A stretch of 63,531 bases of DNA, filler included, from Octopus bimaculoides (Eukaryota), in assembly GCF_001194135.2 (NCBI RefSeq). It is 6 parts of 5 records of this genome, joined end to end, with 100 filler letters (N's around TTAATTAATTAA, not from the genome) between each part and the next. Parts side by side here need not be neighbours in the genome. Positions count along the whole stretch, not along the records: positions 25,553 to 47,312 come from NC_069010.1; positions 47,413 to 58,959 come from NC_068987.1; 4 more parts are not named here. The stretch is one strand, 5' to 3'. A program made the position numbers and the translations under genes. The notes under the pieces were generated by a model. The model saw only the letters and a program-made list of their open reading frames with translations. It was not told the origin of the DNA and did not search any database. The first letter of the stretch is position 1. Every line of letters starts with the position of its first letter. Positions 38,419-48,670 of this stretch are shown in pieces.

Positions 38419-40329
38419 TATATTCACATACATACTCACATATAATGTATGTATGTGTGTGAATATGTATATATATGTATGTATTTTTGTGTATGTCTGT
38501 GTATTAATATATGTATGTATATACATACACACACATAAATATATATACACACACATACATATAAATACACACATAAAGATCTTTTACTCATTCCATCTAT
38601 TTTATTAAGACTGTTATATATATATGTATGTATGTATATATATATATGTATGTATGTATATATATATGTATGTATATATATATATTATTTTTTAATTTTT
38701 ATTTGATTTTTTTTTTTNNNNNNNNNNNNNNNNNNNNNNNNNNNNNNNNNNNNNNNNNNNNNNNNNNNNNNNNNNNNNNNNNNNNNNNNNNNNNNNNNNN
38801 NNNNNNNNNNNNNNNNNNNNNNNNNNNNNNNNNNNNNNNNNNNNNNNNNNNNNNNNNNNNNNNNNNNNNNNNNNNNNNNNNNNNNNNNNNNNNNNNNNNN
38901 NNNNNNNNNNNNNNNNNNNNNNNNNNNNNNNNNNNNNNNNNNNNNNNNNNNNNNNNNNNNNNNNNNNNNNNNNNNNNNNNNNNNNNNNNNNNNNNNNNNN
39001 NNNNNNNNNNNNNNNNNNNNNNNNNNNNNNNNNNNNNNNNNNNNNNNNNNNNNNNNNNNNNNNNNNNNNNNNNNNNNNNNNNNNNNNNNNNNNNNNNNNN
39101 NNNNNNNNNNNNNNNNNNNNNNNNNNNNNNNNNNNNNNNNNNNNNNNNNNNNNNNNNNNNNNNNNNNNNNNNNNNNNNNNNNNNNNNNNNNNNNNNNNNN
39201 NNNNNNNNNNNNNNNNNNNNNNNNNNNNNNNNNNNNNNNNNNNNNNNNNNNNNNNNNNNNNNNNNNNNNNNNNNNNNNNNNNNNNNNNNNNNNNNNNNNN
39301 NNNNNNNNNNNNATATATATATATGCATCTGTGTGTATATGTATGTATATATATATATATATATATGGAGGACAGTCTGTATATATGTATGTATGTATCT
39401 ATATATATATGAATGTATGTATATATATTTTATATGCATGTGTATATATATATATATATATGCATGTAAGTATCTATATATATATATATTATACATATAC
39501 ACACACAAACCTATATATATGCACATACTCACAGAGACTCATACAGGAACATAAGTGGTTGAAACCATGTAACACAAGGTCTTTTGGTGTGATGCTCCAC
39601 CGATTCTGCCAACTGCTCTCTTAGAAACTTCATTATTTTCCCAAATATATCTTTTCCCATTCTTTCCCTTCCTTAGTGTCTCTCTGACACACATACACAC
39701 ACACACACATATATTTGTATGTATACTTTCACATATATACGCATGTATGTTTATATAGCTTAATGGTACAGACCACTCAGCTGGAATTTTGAGAAGTAGA
39801 GGATTTAATCTGCCAAAAATATCTTCCCTATCTCCTAAACTGTTTCCATAGCTATTCTGCTTATGAAACTTGACTTAATTTTTTCTAAAATTCCAAATTA
39901 CTTGATGCTCCGAAGTGTGTCTGTAAATATATTTATATATATATAATGTTATACTCTTCCAAGATGTTGTGATAGTGACTGGGCACACAATACTATAATA
40001 GTAAAGGAAACAAGTGTTTTCATTGGTTGGTTGGGCGAGAGGTGACTGGACTCTGGGCTTGTCCTCTCATATCTCTCCCCCAACCATAGAAGTCCTTAAA
40101 ACGGTGCAATAAAAGCCTGTTATTTCATTAGAAAAGAAAAAGAAAAAGCAAAGATTTCACAAGACATCTTTAATCATCATCATCATCATCGTTTAATGTC
40201 CGCTTTCCATGCTAGCATNNNNNNNNNNNNNNNNNNNNNNNNNNNNNNNNNNNNNNNNNNNNNNNNNNNNNNNNNNNNNNNNNNNNNNNNNNNNNNNNNN
40301 NNNNNNNNNNNNNNNNNNCATTCATGTCA

Positions 40330-40667
40330 GGATTACATGCAAAATTTAAAGAGTGATTAATCATGCGGGAAGATTATTCAAACTTCATTGATAAGGAACA
40401 AGAGGGGCCGGATCTGGTTCATCAGCATCAGATTCCTGTACTTCTTTGCATTTCAGCCATTGTTTCTTTATGGCCGGTCGCTGTCGGTCTTCGTCATTGG
40501 TGTTTAACTTTGATGAAGATATTGGTACCTTCCAGAATACATTTCAACCTCTCCGACATTGTTTGTGGTAAACCACATTTCTTCGGTGTATATTAGACGC
40601 TCATCTACACAGCTACCGAAGGTAAAATTGTCGCTGGCTTGACATTGCATTCTGCCCGACGTTATTT
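40330..40667 (-). pseudogene. NS1 helicase fragment (copy 4, B/B' region only)
   Basis: GRMQCQASDNFTFGSCVDERLIYTEEMWFTTNNVGE, then frameshifted KCILEGTNIFIKVKHQ; homologous to copies 1 and 2. Confidence 0.8.
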
Positions 40668-40960
40668 GAAAATATATGAACACCTTGCAAGTTTTTTCTG
40701 AATACAATTTTCCTGGGACTCTTCAGGGGTTGTAGCTTAGTGTTTTGCCTCAACTTCCAATAATGTCTATCTGTTCCTCCTCATGATAAAATGCATCTCT
40801 TTCTAAAGCCAGATGTAAACAATTCTTGCCTTCTGCATCAACAGCACCTTTTGAAAATATAATATGAACACCTTGCAAGTTTTTTCTGAATACAATTTTC
40901 CTGGGACTCTTCAGGGGTCGTAGCTTAGTGTTTTGCCTCATCTTCCAAGCTTGAAATAAA
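40668..40960 (-). pseudogene. Decayed ankyrin-repeat gene fragment, with an ~85-bp direct duplication (40668-40750 / 40852-40940)
   Basis: NLQGVHIIFSKGAVDAEGKNCLHLALERD matches the ankyrin pattern L..GA...D..G..xLHLA. Confidence 0.7.
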
Positions 40961-41072
40961 GGCAGGGTCATCTGGTCCTTCAGGGGAACTGTTGTCTAGG
41001 TCAGTAGGTAGCTTCCTTTTTTGGGTTTCACTTTCTCTGAGATTGAAATAACATCATCCTACTGTGTGCCCT

Positions 41073-41079
41073 CACAAAA

Positions 41080-41110
<31 letters not shown>

Positions 41111-41191
41111 CTTCCGCGCTGATCCGTCCAAGCCCGTTCCCTTGGCTGTGGTTTTGCTAGACAGTGGGAATCTCATTGATCCATTCATGCA

Positions 41192-41223
<32 letters not shown>
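41073..41223 (-). pseudogene. 28S rRNA: 28S rDNA fragment starting exactly at the R2 insertion site
   Basis: The reverse complement reads TAGCCAAATGCCTCGTCATCTAATTAGTGACGTGCATGAATGGATCAATGAGATTCCCACTGT..GCCAAGGGAACGGGCTTGG..GAAGACCCTGTTGAGCTTGACTCTAGT, i.e. conserved 28S sequence with substitutions and an ~13-nt deletion. Confidence 0.95.
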
Positions 41224-42300
41224 GTCCAACTTGCTTTCGCTATCTTTCCTTGTTAATTTAACATGGGCGGTCCCACTGCGCTCGCCAAATAGTGACCTGG
41301 ATCAAGCACTATCATAAGCCGAGGGTAAGGCCCCAACAGCGCACGAGGCCGACAGGGGGTTCGAATTGAAGGGCGACTGACTGGACGAAACCGACAGGCC
41401 CCCTACGCCTGTCATTGGACACTCTTTCGGGCATGGTCTCTGTTGGGGCCAAGCTTCCGGATGCTACGTGGGACGGGTCTAGTCAGCGCCTGTACCCCGC
41501 CCTGCGATGGAGCTGCAGGGAAACGGGGTCTCGATACACGCACAACAAGCGAGGGACTTGAGGAGTGTCCAACGATTGCCGCAAGATGGAAAAGCGACTA
41601 CGACTACAAATCGACCGGCGAAACTGAGAAATACCGACCCAGCAACCGAGAAACTCAGACACGGACATAGCGGGACCGTGCGACTGTATATCGTCGCTAC
41701 ACGATCCTGACGAAACCTCGAACCAAAAGCGACCGGCACCGAATACTACGAAACCCAGCCGAATCACTAAACACCAAGAGCCGGAGGGTGCCTTCGCATG
41801 CCCTGTCCTGATATGAGGTCCCCGAGCGAACCCTGAGAGACCGTAGTCAGAACCTGCCGGATGGAACTGGCAGTAAACTCTAGAAACGACGTCGACGCCC
41901 AGGTAGGAGGGGATTATCGCCCACACTCCCACTGTAATCGAACGTTGGGACACGCCCCTTGATCCACCCTCATGGATCAGTCCCTAAGCATGCTGTACGT
42001 GCAGAGCATTGCTGTCCTGCTCAGCAACTTCATTAANNNNNNNNNNGTAGTCAGAACCTGCCGGATGGAACTGGCAGTAAACTCTAGAAACGACGTCGAC
42101 GCCCAGGTAGGAGGGGATTATCGCCCACACTCCCACTGTAATCGAACGTTGGGACACGCCCCTTGATCCACCCTCATGGATCAGTCCCTAAGCATGCTGT
42201 ACGTGCAGAGCATTGCTGTCCTGCTCAGCAACTTCATTAACGACTTGTCCCTAATGCACAGAGCTTTCAATGCCCTCTCGGCCTCGCGGCTCCAGGCACA
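41224..42300 (-). mobile_element. 5'-truncated R2 retrotransposon: C-terminus of the ORF plus 3' UTR
   Basis: 42181-42300 translates AWSREAERALKALCIRDKSLMKLLSRTAMLCTYSMLRD*, resembling the end of an R2 restriction-like endonuclease domain. A GC-rich UTR follows and ends precisely at 28S TAGCC, replacing the normal upstream TTAAGG. Confidence 0.8.
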
Positions 42301-42625
42301 AATATTTAAAAATCCACTTATCTGACATAAGTATGGATTCCTTCTTATAATGAAACAAATCTTTTTTTATAGCAAGGTGCAAACAACTATTGCTACCTCT
42401 GGATGAAAAAGGGCTCAACCTTAATCCTAACCCTCTCTCACAGCAGAAATTTCAAAATCCACTTATCTGACATAAGTATGTATTCCTTCCCATAATGAAA
42501 CCAATCTTTCTTTACAGCAAGATGTAAACAACTATTGCTACCTCTGTCAACAGCGCCTTTTTGAAATAAAATGTGGACCCCCTCCAAGCAGACGCTTGGA
42601 CCCAGCATGGGTTTTCTCAACACAA
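42301..42625 (-). pseudogene. Decayed ankyrin-repeat fragments (~140-bp unit)
   Basis: EGVHILFQKGAVDRGSNSCLHLAVKKDWF plus a partial second unit. Confidence 0.7.
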
Positions 42626-42629
42626 TAAA

Positions 42630-43110
42630 AAATATAAAGACGCTATTGTTTGATCTGTATCTTAAATTTACCTGTTGTATATGCATAACTTGGTATATTG
42701 TAGAACGTTCTTTTCATTTCTCTATTTCTTTTTTAGGAAGACAATTCTCTCTCATGTTTGGTTCTTCATATAAACATAGTTTGATGTTGACCATGTCTTG
42801 AAAAGGAAAAGATGATCCCCCTTGTGTTGTTCATGTGAATCTGAAAAGTTTATCAATTGATTTTGCATTGTATGATTTACCCCTGTTGGGTGTACCTTCC
42901 ATTATAAATGTATTTCTTTTTGGTATATTTTGATGTAAGTTGTTCTATAGTTCTTGGACAAATTGTTGAGTATCAATGGATTGGATATCCATAATTCTCT
43001 CGAATATTTTGAATGATAAGTCTAGATTATGACAGTCATTGGTTTTGTAAGATTTGCAAAATTCATCATTTCAGGATAATTTTGAAATCCGAGAGATATT
43101 GAGGAGGTTT
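42630..43110 (-). pseudogene. Endogenous parvovirus-like NS1 helicase fragment of a second, divergent lineage (copy 3)
   Basis: Hand translation IPKRNTFIMEGTPNRGKSYNAKSIDKLFRFT*TTQGGSSFPFQDMVNIKLCLYEEP; Walker A 42873-42896, Walker B LYEEP; in-frame stops hide it from the ORF track. Confidence 0.8.
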
Positions 43111-43123
43111 GTTAAGAACTCTC

Positions 43124-43900
43124 TTACGCAGTTCGCTTAAAGTATCTTTTCTTAGAATTACCAACAATTGAGACTTGGCAAGCAATGTTTGTCACTTGAA
43201 TTTTTGTGTAGTTTTGCCATATTGTTAACCAAATTAATGGGTTCAGTTCTTTTTGTCCCCATTCTTTTAGTTGTGGCATTGGTCTATGCGTTTTGTATAG
43301 GAACATTCTTGCTTTTTATGGCTTCTTCTTCTTGTGAACATCTGTCCCAAGGGAATGAGTTTCCGGTGCTTAAACAGGGTGTGCGCTTCATTATTCTTTC
43401 TGCCTGGTGTTTTTATGTTTATGTAGGTATCTGTACCTTCTAGGATGCATTTTGCCTCCTCGATATTGGTGTTGACGAACTACATTTCGTCAGTAAAAAT
43501 TAAAGTTTTGTCGATACAAGTACCGAATGTGAAATTATCGGATGCTTGGCATCGCATCCTACCGCAGTTCAGGAACGTAAGATGTAGCGCTTTCCCGAAT
43601 TGGGTGCTCCGTGAATGTGGAGAGAATTTTTCTTGGGTAGAATTTTGTGACATACGTCGAATATGTCTTTGGTGAATGCTTGCGAATCGATGTGGAGGAA
43701 GGATGTCCAGCTTTCATAAATTCCTAGAGAGGTAGTGACATTCCAGTAGGATACACGTTCGTGTACAAAGGTAACAAAAAGTCCACAGACGCAGAAATTT
43801 TCGGCCCAGTAGGGCGAAAATTGCTGTAAAAAAACAGACAACAGTTCGAATCCAAGTAGAATACACAACCACAAAATAACGATAGACGAACAAAAACGAA
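43124..43900 (-). pseudogene. Endogenous parvovirus/densovirus-like NS1 SF3 helicase fragment (copy 2, most complete)
   Basis: PKKNSLHIHGAPNSGKR (43587-43610), frameshift, then NCGRMRCQASDNFTFGTCIDKTLIFTDEM*..EEAKCILEG..INIKHQAERIMKRTPCLSTGNSFPW..AIKARMF: motifs A, B, B', C and Arg finger in order. Confidence 0.88.
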
Positions 43901-43949
43901 CTCACTCAACAATAGCAGGTAGCAGAGAAAATTCTCGATACACAGCTGA

Positions 43950-44630
43950 AAAAAGGCTCAACCCTAACCCTCTCTCACAACAGAAATTTCAAAATCCACT
44001 TATCTGACATAAGTATGGATTCCTTCTCATAATGAAACAAATCTTTCTTTACAGCAAGGTGTAAACAACTATTGCCACCTTGAATTTTTATGTAGTTTTG
44101 CCATATTGTTAACCACATTAATGGGTTCAGTTCTTTTTGTCCCCATTCTTTTAGTTGTGGCATTGGTCTATGCGTTTTGTATAGGAGCATTCTTGCTTTT
44201 ATGGCTTCTTCTTTTTTTATAGCAAGGTGTAAACAACTATTGCTACCTCTCGATGAAAAAAGGCTCAACCCTAACCCTAACCCTCTCTCACAGCAGAAAT
44301 TTCAAAATCCACTTATCTGACATAAGTATGGATTCCTTCCCATAGTGAAACAAATCCTTCTTTACAGCAAGGTGTAAACAATTATTGCTACCTCTGGATG
44401 AAAAAAGGCTCAACCCTCACCCTAACCCTCTCTCACAGCAGAGATTTCAAAATCCACTTATCTGACATAAGTATGGATTCCTTCCCATAATGAAACAAAT
44501 CTTTCTTTACAGCAAGGTGTAAACAATTATTGCCACCTCTGTCAACAGCACCTTTTGAAATAAAATGTGGACCCCCCTCCAAGGGGACTCTTGGACCCAG
44601 CATGGATTTTCTCAACACAATAGATTTTAT
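43950..44630 (-). repeat. Tandem ~140-145-bp ankyrin-fragment units with an embedded NS1 piece
   Basis: The unit AGGCTCAACCCTAACCCTCTCTCACAGCAGAAATTTCAAAATCCACTTATCTGACATAAG..ACAGCAAGGTGTAAACAACTATTG recurs at ~43954, ~44261 and ~44406; the minus strand reads G.N.CLHLAVKKDLF. Confidence 0.8.
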
Positions 44631-44889
44631 CACAATTGAAGATGTTCCTCAAACTTTTTGTGTTGTCCCGTTTGGAACATATTTCCATTGTCCCTGAATT
44701 CCCTATTTTTCACCAGTTCAAAGAGGTTATCCCCAAACTTGGTCTACAGTTTTGAGTTTTGGGATCTTTTTTTTTTCTTCCGTTTTTGAAGCTCTGTGAC
44801 ATATTCAACTTAAAATGTCTTCTGCTGCTTTCACCTACAATTGAGACACGACCAAGCAATGTCTGTCTGTTTGTCTCAGTCTCCCTTTT

Positions 44890-45436
44890 ATTCCGACAAT
44901 GTCTAACTTCATCTCATCCAACATGTCCATGAGTTCATTCTCACGACGAAAGGAATCTATCTTCAAAGCAAGAGGGAGACATTTATGGCCTTTCCCATCA
45001 ACAGCACCTTTGGAAAATGTCAATCCTTCAAAGGTGGCCCCTAGATACAGCAAGGAGCAGTGTTTCCATATCACCACAGTTCTGTCTCCATGTATTTTAC
45101 AGACCCTGGGACATTCTCACTACAATAGATTTTATCAGAATTGAAAATGTTCCTTCTCTTCTTGTGTTGTTCCTGTTAGAACATCTGACCATTTCTATGA
45201 AGAGTGTTAATATCTGCCTCTTCAGCTGTTAACATGTGAATCTTCCCAAGGTGACCCCTGGAGATGGCTTAACCAACTCCTCGTGCAACACGGTAGCTGT
45301 CCCGAGTGTTGCTCTCAGCAGCCACTTCCGTTGAAGAGATGATCCTCTTCATGAAGACACATTGCTTCTCCAGCTGGGCACTCAGACACCCGAACTCTGC
45401 CTTCCTGTTGTTGTAAGGTTGGGTACTTTCAGCCAT
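44890..45436 (-). pseudogene. Decayed ankyrin-repeat host gene exon beginning at a splice acceptor + ATG
   Basis: TTTTTCTGTGTTATTTCAG|ATGGCTGAA at ~45436; downstream frames read AEEADINTL, KSIV and FSKGAVDGKGHKCLPLA..DMLDE; frameshifted. Confidence 0.5.
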
Positions 45437-45779
45437 CTGAAATAACACAGAAAAAATATTTATAACCATGTCAATTGAAGTAGAAGTGAAAAATAACTTA
45501 TCGTACAGTGATACTATACCACAGTATCGGACAAAAGGACGATTTCCTCTTTCTCTCTAACTCTATTAGAATTCTTCTCCAAAGTTCCGTGTATTCAGTC
45601 CCAGTATTATGAAAGTAGGACGCTGTTCTGGCTGGGGAGAAGACAGCTGCTGATTGACTCTGTTAAATTTGCCGTCGGTTCAAAAAACCCCATATCTCGC
45701 GGGCTGCACCTAACGCAAATCTGAACAAGCTGCTGCAGGCTGCATTTGGCATTTAGCAAGCGAATCAGCGATGTAGTTG

Positions 45780-46440
45780 AATAAGATTGAATACCAGAGA
45801 AATGGCCAGTCACTTCTTTAAGTAGAGGCATTGGTTGAATTGGTTGAATCGTTTTGAATATAAACATTCTGGCTCAAATTGCTGCCTTTTCCTGTGGACA
45901 TCTATCCGATGGTGTTTTAGAATTCTTTCGTATTGGAGTTTTGTTTTGCCCTATATTTCTGTACTTTCCCGTATGCATTTACCTTCTTCAATATTAGTGT
46001 TGATGAACCATATTTCGTCAGTGAATATCAAGGTTTTGTCAATGCATGTTCCGAAAGTAAAGTTGTCGTTTGCTTGACAACGCATTCGTCCACAGTTCAT
46101 TAAGTCGTTTCTTATTGATCGTAAAATGTAGCCTTTTCCAGAATTTGGAACTCCATGTATATGTAGTGAGTTTCTTTTCGGAAGAATTTTCTGGCAGACA
46201 TCGAAGAGATTTTTAGCAGATGTTACGTGATTAATATGGTGGTACATTGTCCACTTTTCGTAAATCCCTAAGGATGTTTTGACATCCCAGAAGGTGTTAG
46301 ATGCTTCTTCAAAGAACATTTTTTTATCTTGAATTTTGGTCGCATATTGGAGTCATGCGGTTCTCAATCTGTAGTTGTGTGGCTGCAGGTAGTAGCCAGG
46401 AATTTAAGTTTGGTGTATTTCAGTATATGGACATCCATGT
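45780..46440 (-). pseudogene. Endogenous parvovirus/densovirus-like NS1 SF3 helicase fragment (copy 1)
   Basis: PKRNSLHIHGVPNSGKGYIL (Walker A 46131-46154), LIFTDE (Walker B), EEGKCI (B'), AAI*ARMF (Arg-finger region); stops and deletions present. Confidence 0.85.
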
Positions 46441-46444
46441 GTCG

Positions 46445-47312
46445 TAGTACATATTTTTTCCGACAGTTAATACGAAGTGTGTTATATCTCCTAAGCCTGT
46501 AGAGTTATATTACAAAAATCCTTACCTTTGTCGTAGGGAACTGAGGTAGCCAGTATAGACCATTCCAAGGAGAATTGTTTATTGCAATTTTTCAGTTCCC
46601 AAATAAATTTACTTAGGCCGGTGCTGTTAGCTTTATTCCTATCCCTAAATGAAGAATAATGGTTCGATATTCTCTTGGAGACCTGCGTCGATGAGCTACC
46701 TACCTAAAACGAGACATCTGCGTAAGACATTACCTTACATTGATAAACCACATTCTTGGTCTTGGCATTTGCACTTAAAAACTTAATTCTATTAGGATTT
46801 GATTCCGAGATGCTAATCTTATTATTGTTACAGATATTGTTATGATTCCTAATATTGTACGTACTACCTATATTAATACCTAAATGACTATTGCCATCAT
46901 ATGAGTGTGTTAAATTACTGGAGTAATTATTATAGTTATTGATATAAACATTACTATTATCATCATAACTGGGATGGCTGTCTAGAGATGAATCTAAAAG
47001 CCTGAAGTTATGGGAAGATATAATCTGTAACAAATTTTTAGTATTCGAAAACCCAAATCTAACCTTATGTGAGTTGATTATTGGGTAATAGTAGGAACCC
47101 CTAGGAAAGTTCCTACTCACCGCGTCTTGGAACTGCCGGACCAAATTTGATTTAACTTGCTTCCCAAATGGGAGGATGAGCCAGATATTATCATCAAATC
47201 TAGTTACAGTATTAGTGTGGTTGAATAGATGAAGATTTTTGTTTTTGTTAAAGTGTTTAGAGCCAGTTGGGCCTCCTCTCTTATGTGAGTGATAAGCATG
47301 ATCCACTTTCTC
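46445..47312 (-). mobile_element. Penelope-like element (Naiad-like), RT C-terminus + GIY-YIG endonuclease, decayed
   Basis: IWLILPFGKQVKSNL..FP..YYPIINSHKVRFGFSNTKNLLQIISSHN matches the PLE post-RT motif. Then NVVYQCKV..F*VGSSSTQVSKRISNHYSSFRDRNKANSTGLSKFIWELK..EWSILATSVPYDKGKDFCN is the GIY-YIG, with TAG in place of the Y of YVG. Confidence 0.85.
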
Positions 47313-48289
47313 NNNNNNNNNNNNNNNNNNNNNNNNNNNNNNNNNNNNNNNNNNNNTTAATTAATTAANNNNNNNNNNNNNNNNNNNNNNNNNNNNNNNN
47401 NNNNNNNNNNNNTATATATATGATTAAAACAACGAAAAAATACCGTACAGCAAGTGATCATCCCAGTAACTGTTAGAGGAGGTTTATGAGATCTGATTTT
47501 CACTTACCTTAGCAACGATTTAAGCAATGAGGTTTCCAAAATACGTTCGAAAGATCCAGAATGCATAATGATCTATCGAGGTCTTATTGAAGATCTCATT
47601 CCTGATGTCCACTGAGAAGCAATTGTGTATTAGTTTGAGGAAAACGCTTCCTATACCATTAAGTCCGGCGTTTCCACATTAATATCTGCCATAAAATTTA
47701 TTTTCAGTGTAACTATTAGTTTGGAAAGCTACGTACTAGTGTTGAAACACGAAAAAACGTGGCCTAATTTGAAAGTAATATTACAATTTTTTTTAAAAAT
47801 TCCTTTCAGTTGGCAATCTAAGATGTTCCCCCATCGTGCATAGTTAATGCTATAGGGACCACTTGAAATTTCAATACAAATCACATTAAGCCTTATTACA
47901 CATTCCATGAAAAACTATCTCATATGAAGAAAGTTGTAAAATACAACGCAGCACTTTACTCTACTTGGTTCATCATTATATTTGTGCGTATGTTTTTGTA
48001 ATATAATAATGCGCTTTTGTTTACGTTTATGTCCCAACGGTAGCATAAAATTTACGATTAAAACAACGCATATCTCTCACCATCTATGTATACCTACATA
48101 TATTCATATAAATATCTACCTACTTAACTCTCTTTCTCTCTCTCGCTCTCTCTCTCTCTCTCCCCGTGTATATACGCTTAGACATTTATTTATATACAAA
48201 TGCATATATATGCAAACACTTATGCACAATATATTTGTCTGTATGTGATTATCCGTGTGTGCATATGCCATGTATATGCATCTCTCTCT

Positions 48290-48447
48290 CTGTATGTATG
48301 TATGTATGTATGTATGTATGTATGTATGTATGTATAGATCTATCTATCTATCTATCTATCTATATATCTATCTATCTATATATCTATCTATCTATCTATC
48401 CATCCATCTATCTACCTATCTATCCATCTATCCATCCATCTATCTAT

Positions 48448-48507
<60 letters not shown>

Positions 48508-48581
48508 ATATCTATCTATCTATATATCTATCTATCTATCTATCCATCCATCTATCTACCTATCTATCCATCTATCCATCC

Positions 48582-48669
<88 letters not shown>

Positions 48670-48670
48670 G
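48290..48670. repeat. (TATG)n/(TATC)n microsatellite; representative of many (CA)n, (TA)n, (CATA)n, (CTT)n and (CAT)n tracts in the window
   Basis: Directly visible. Confidence 0.95.

Noticed and set aside
41073-41223. Functional rRNA gene
   Set aside because: It is only about 150 bp, with an internal deletion and substitutions; recorded as a pseudogene fragment.
41843-42240. Perfect 194-bp direct duplication in the R2 3' region
   Set aside because: The copies are separated only by a 10-N gap, which points to an unmerged contig overlap.
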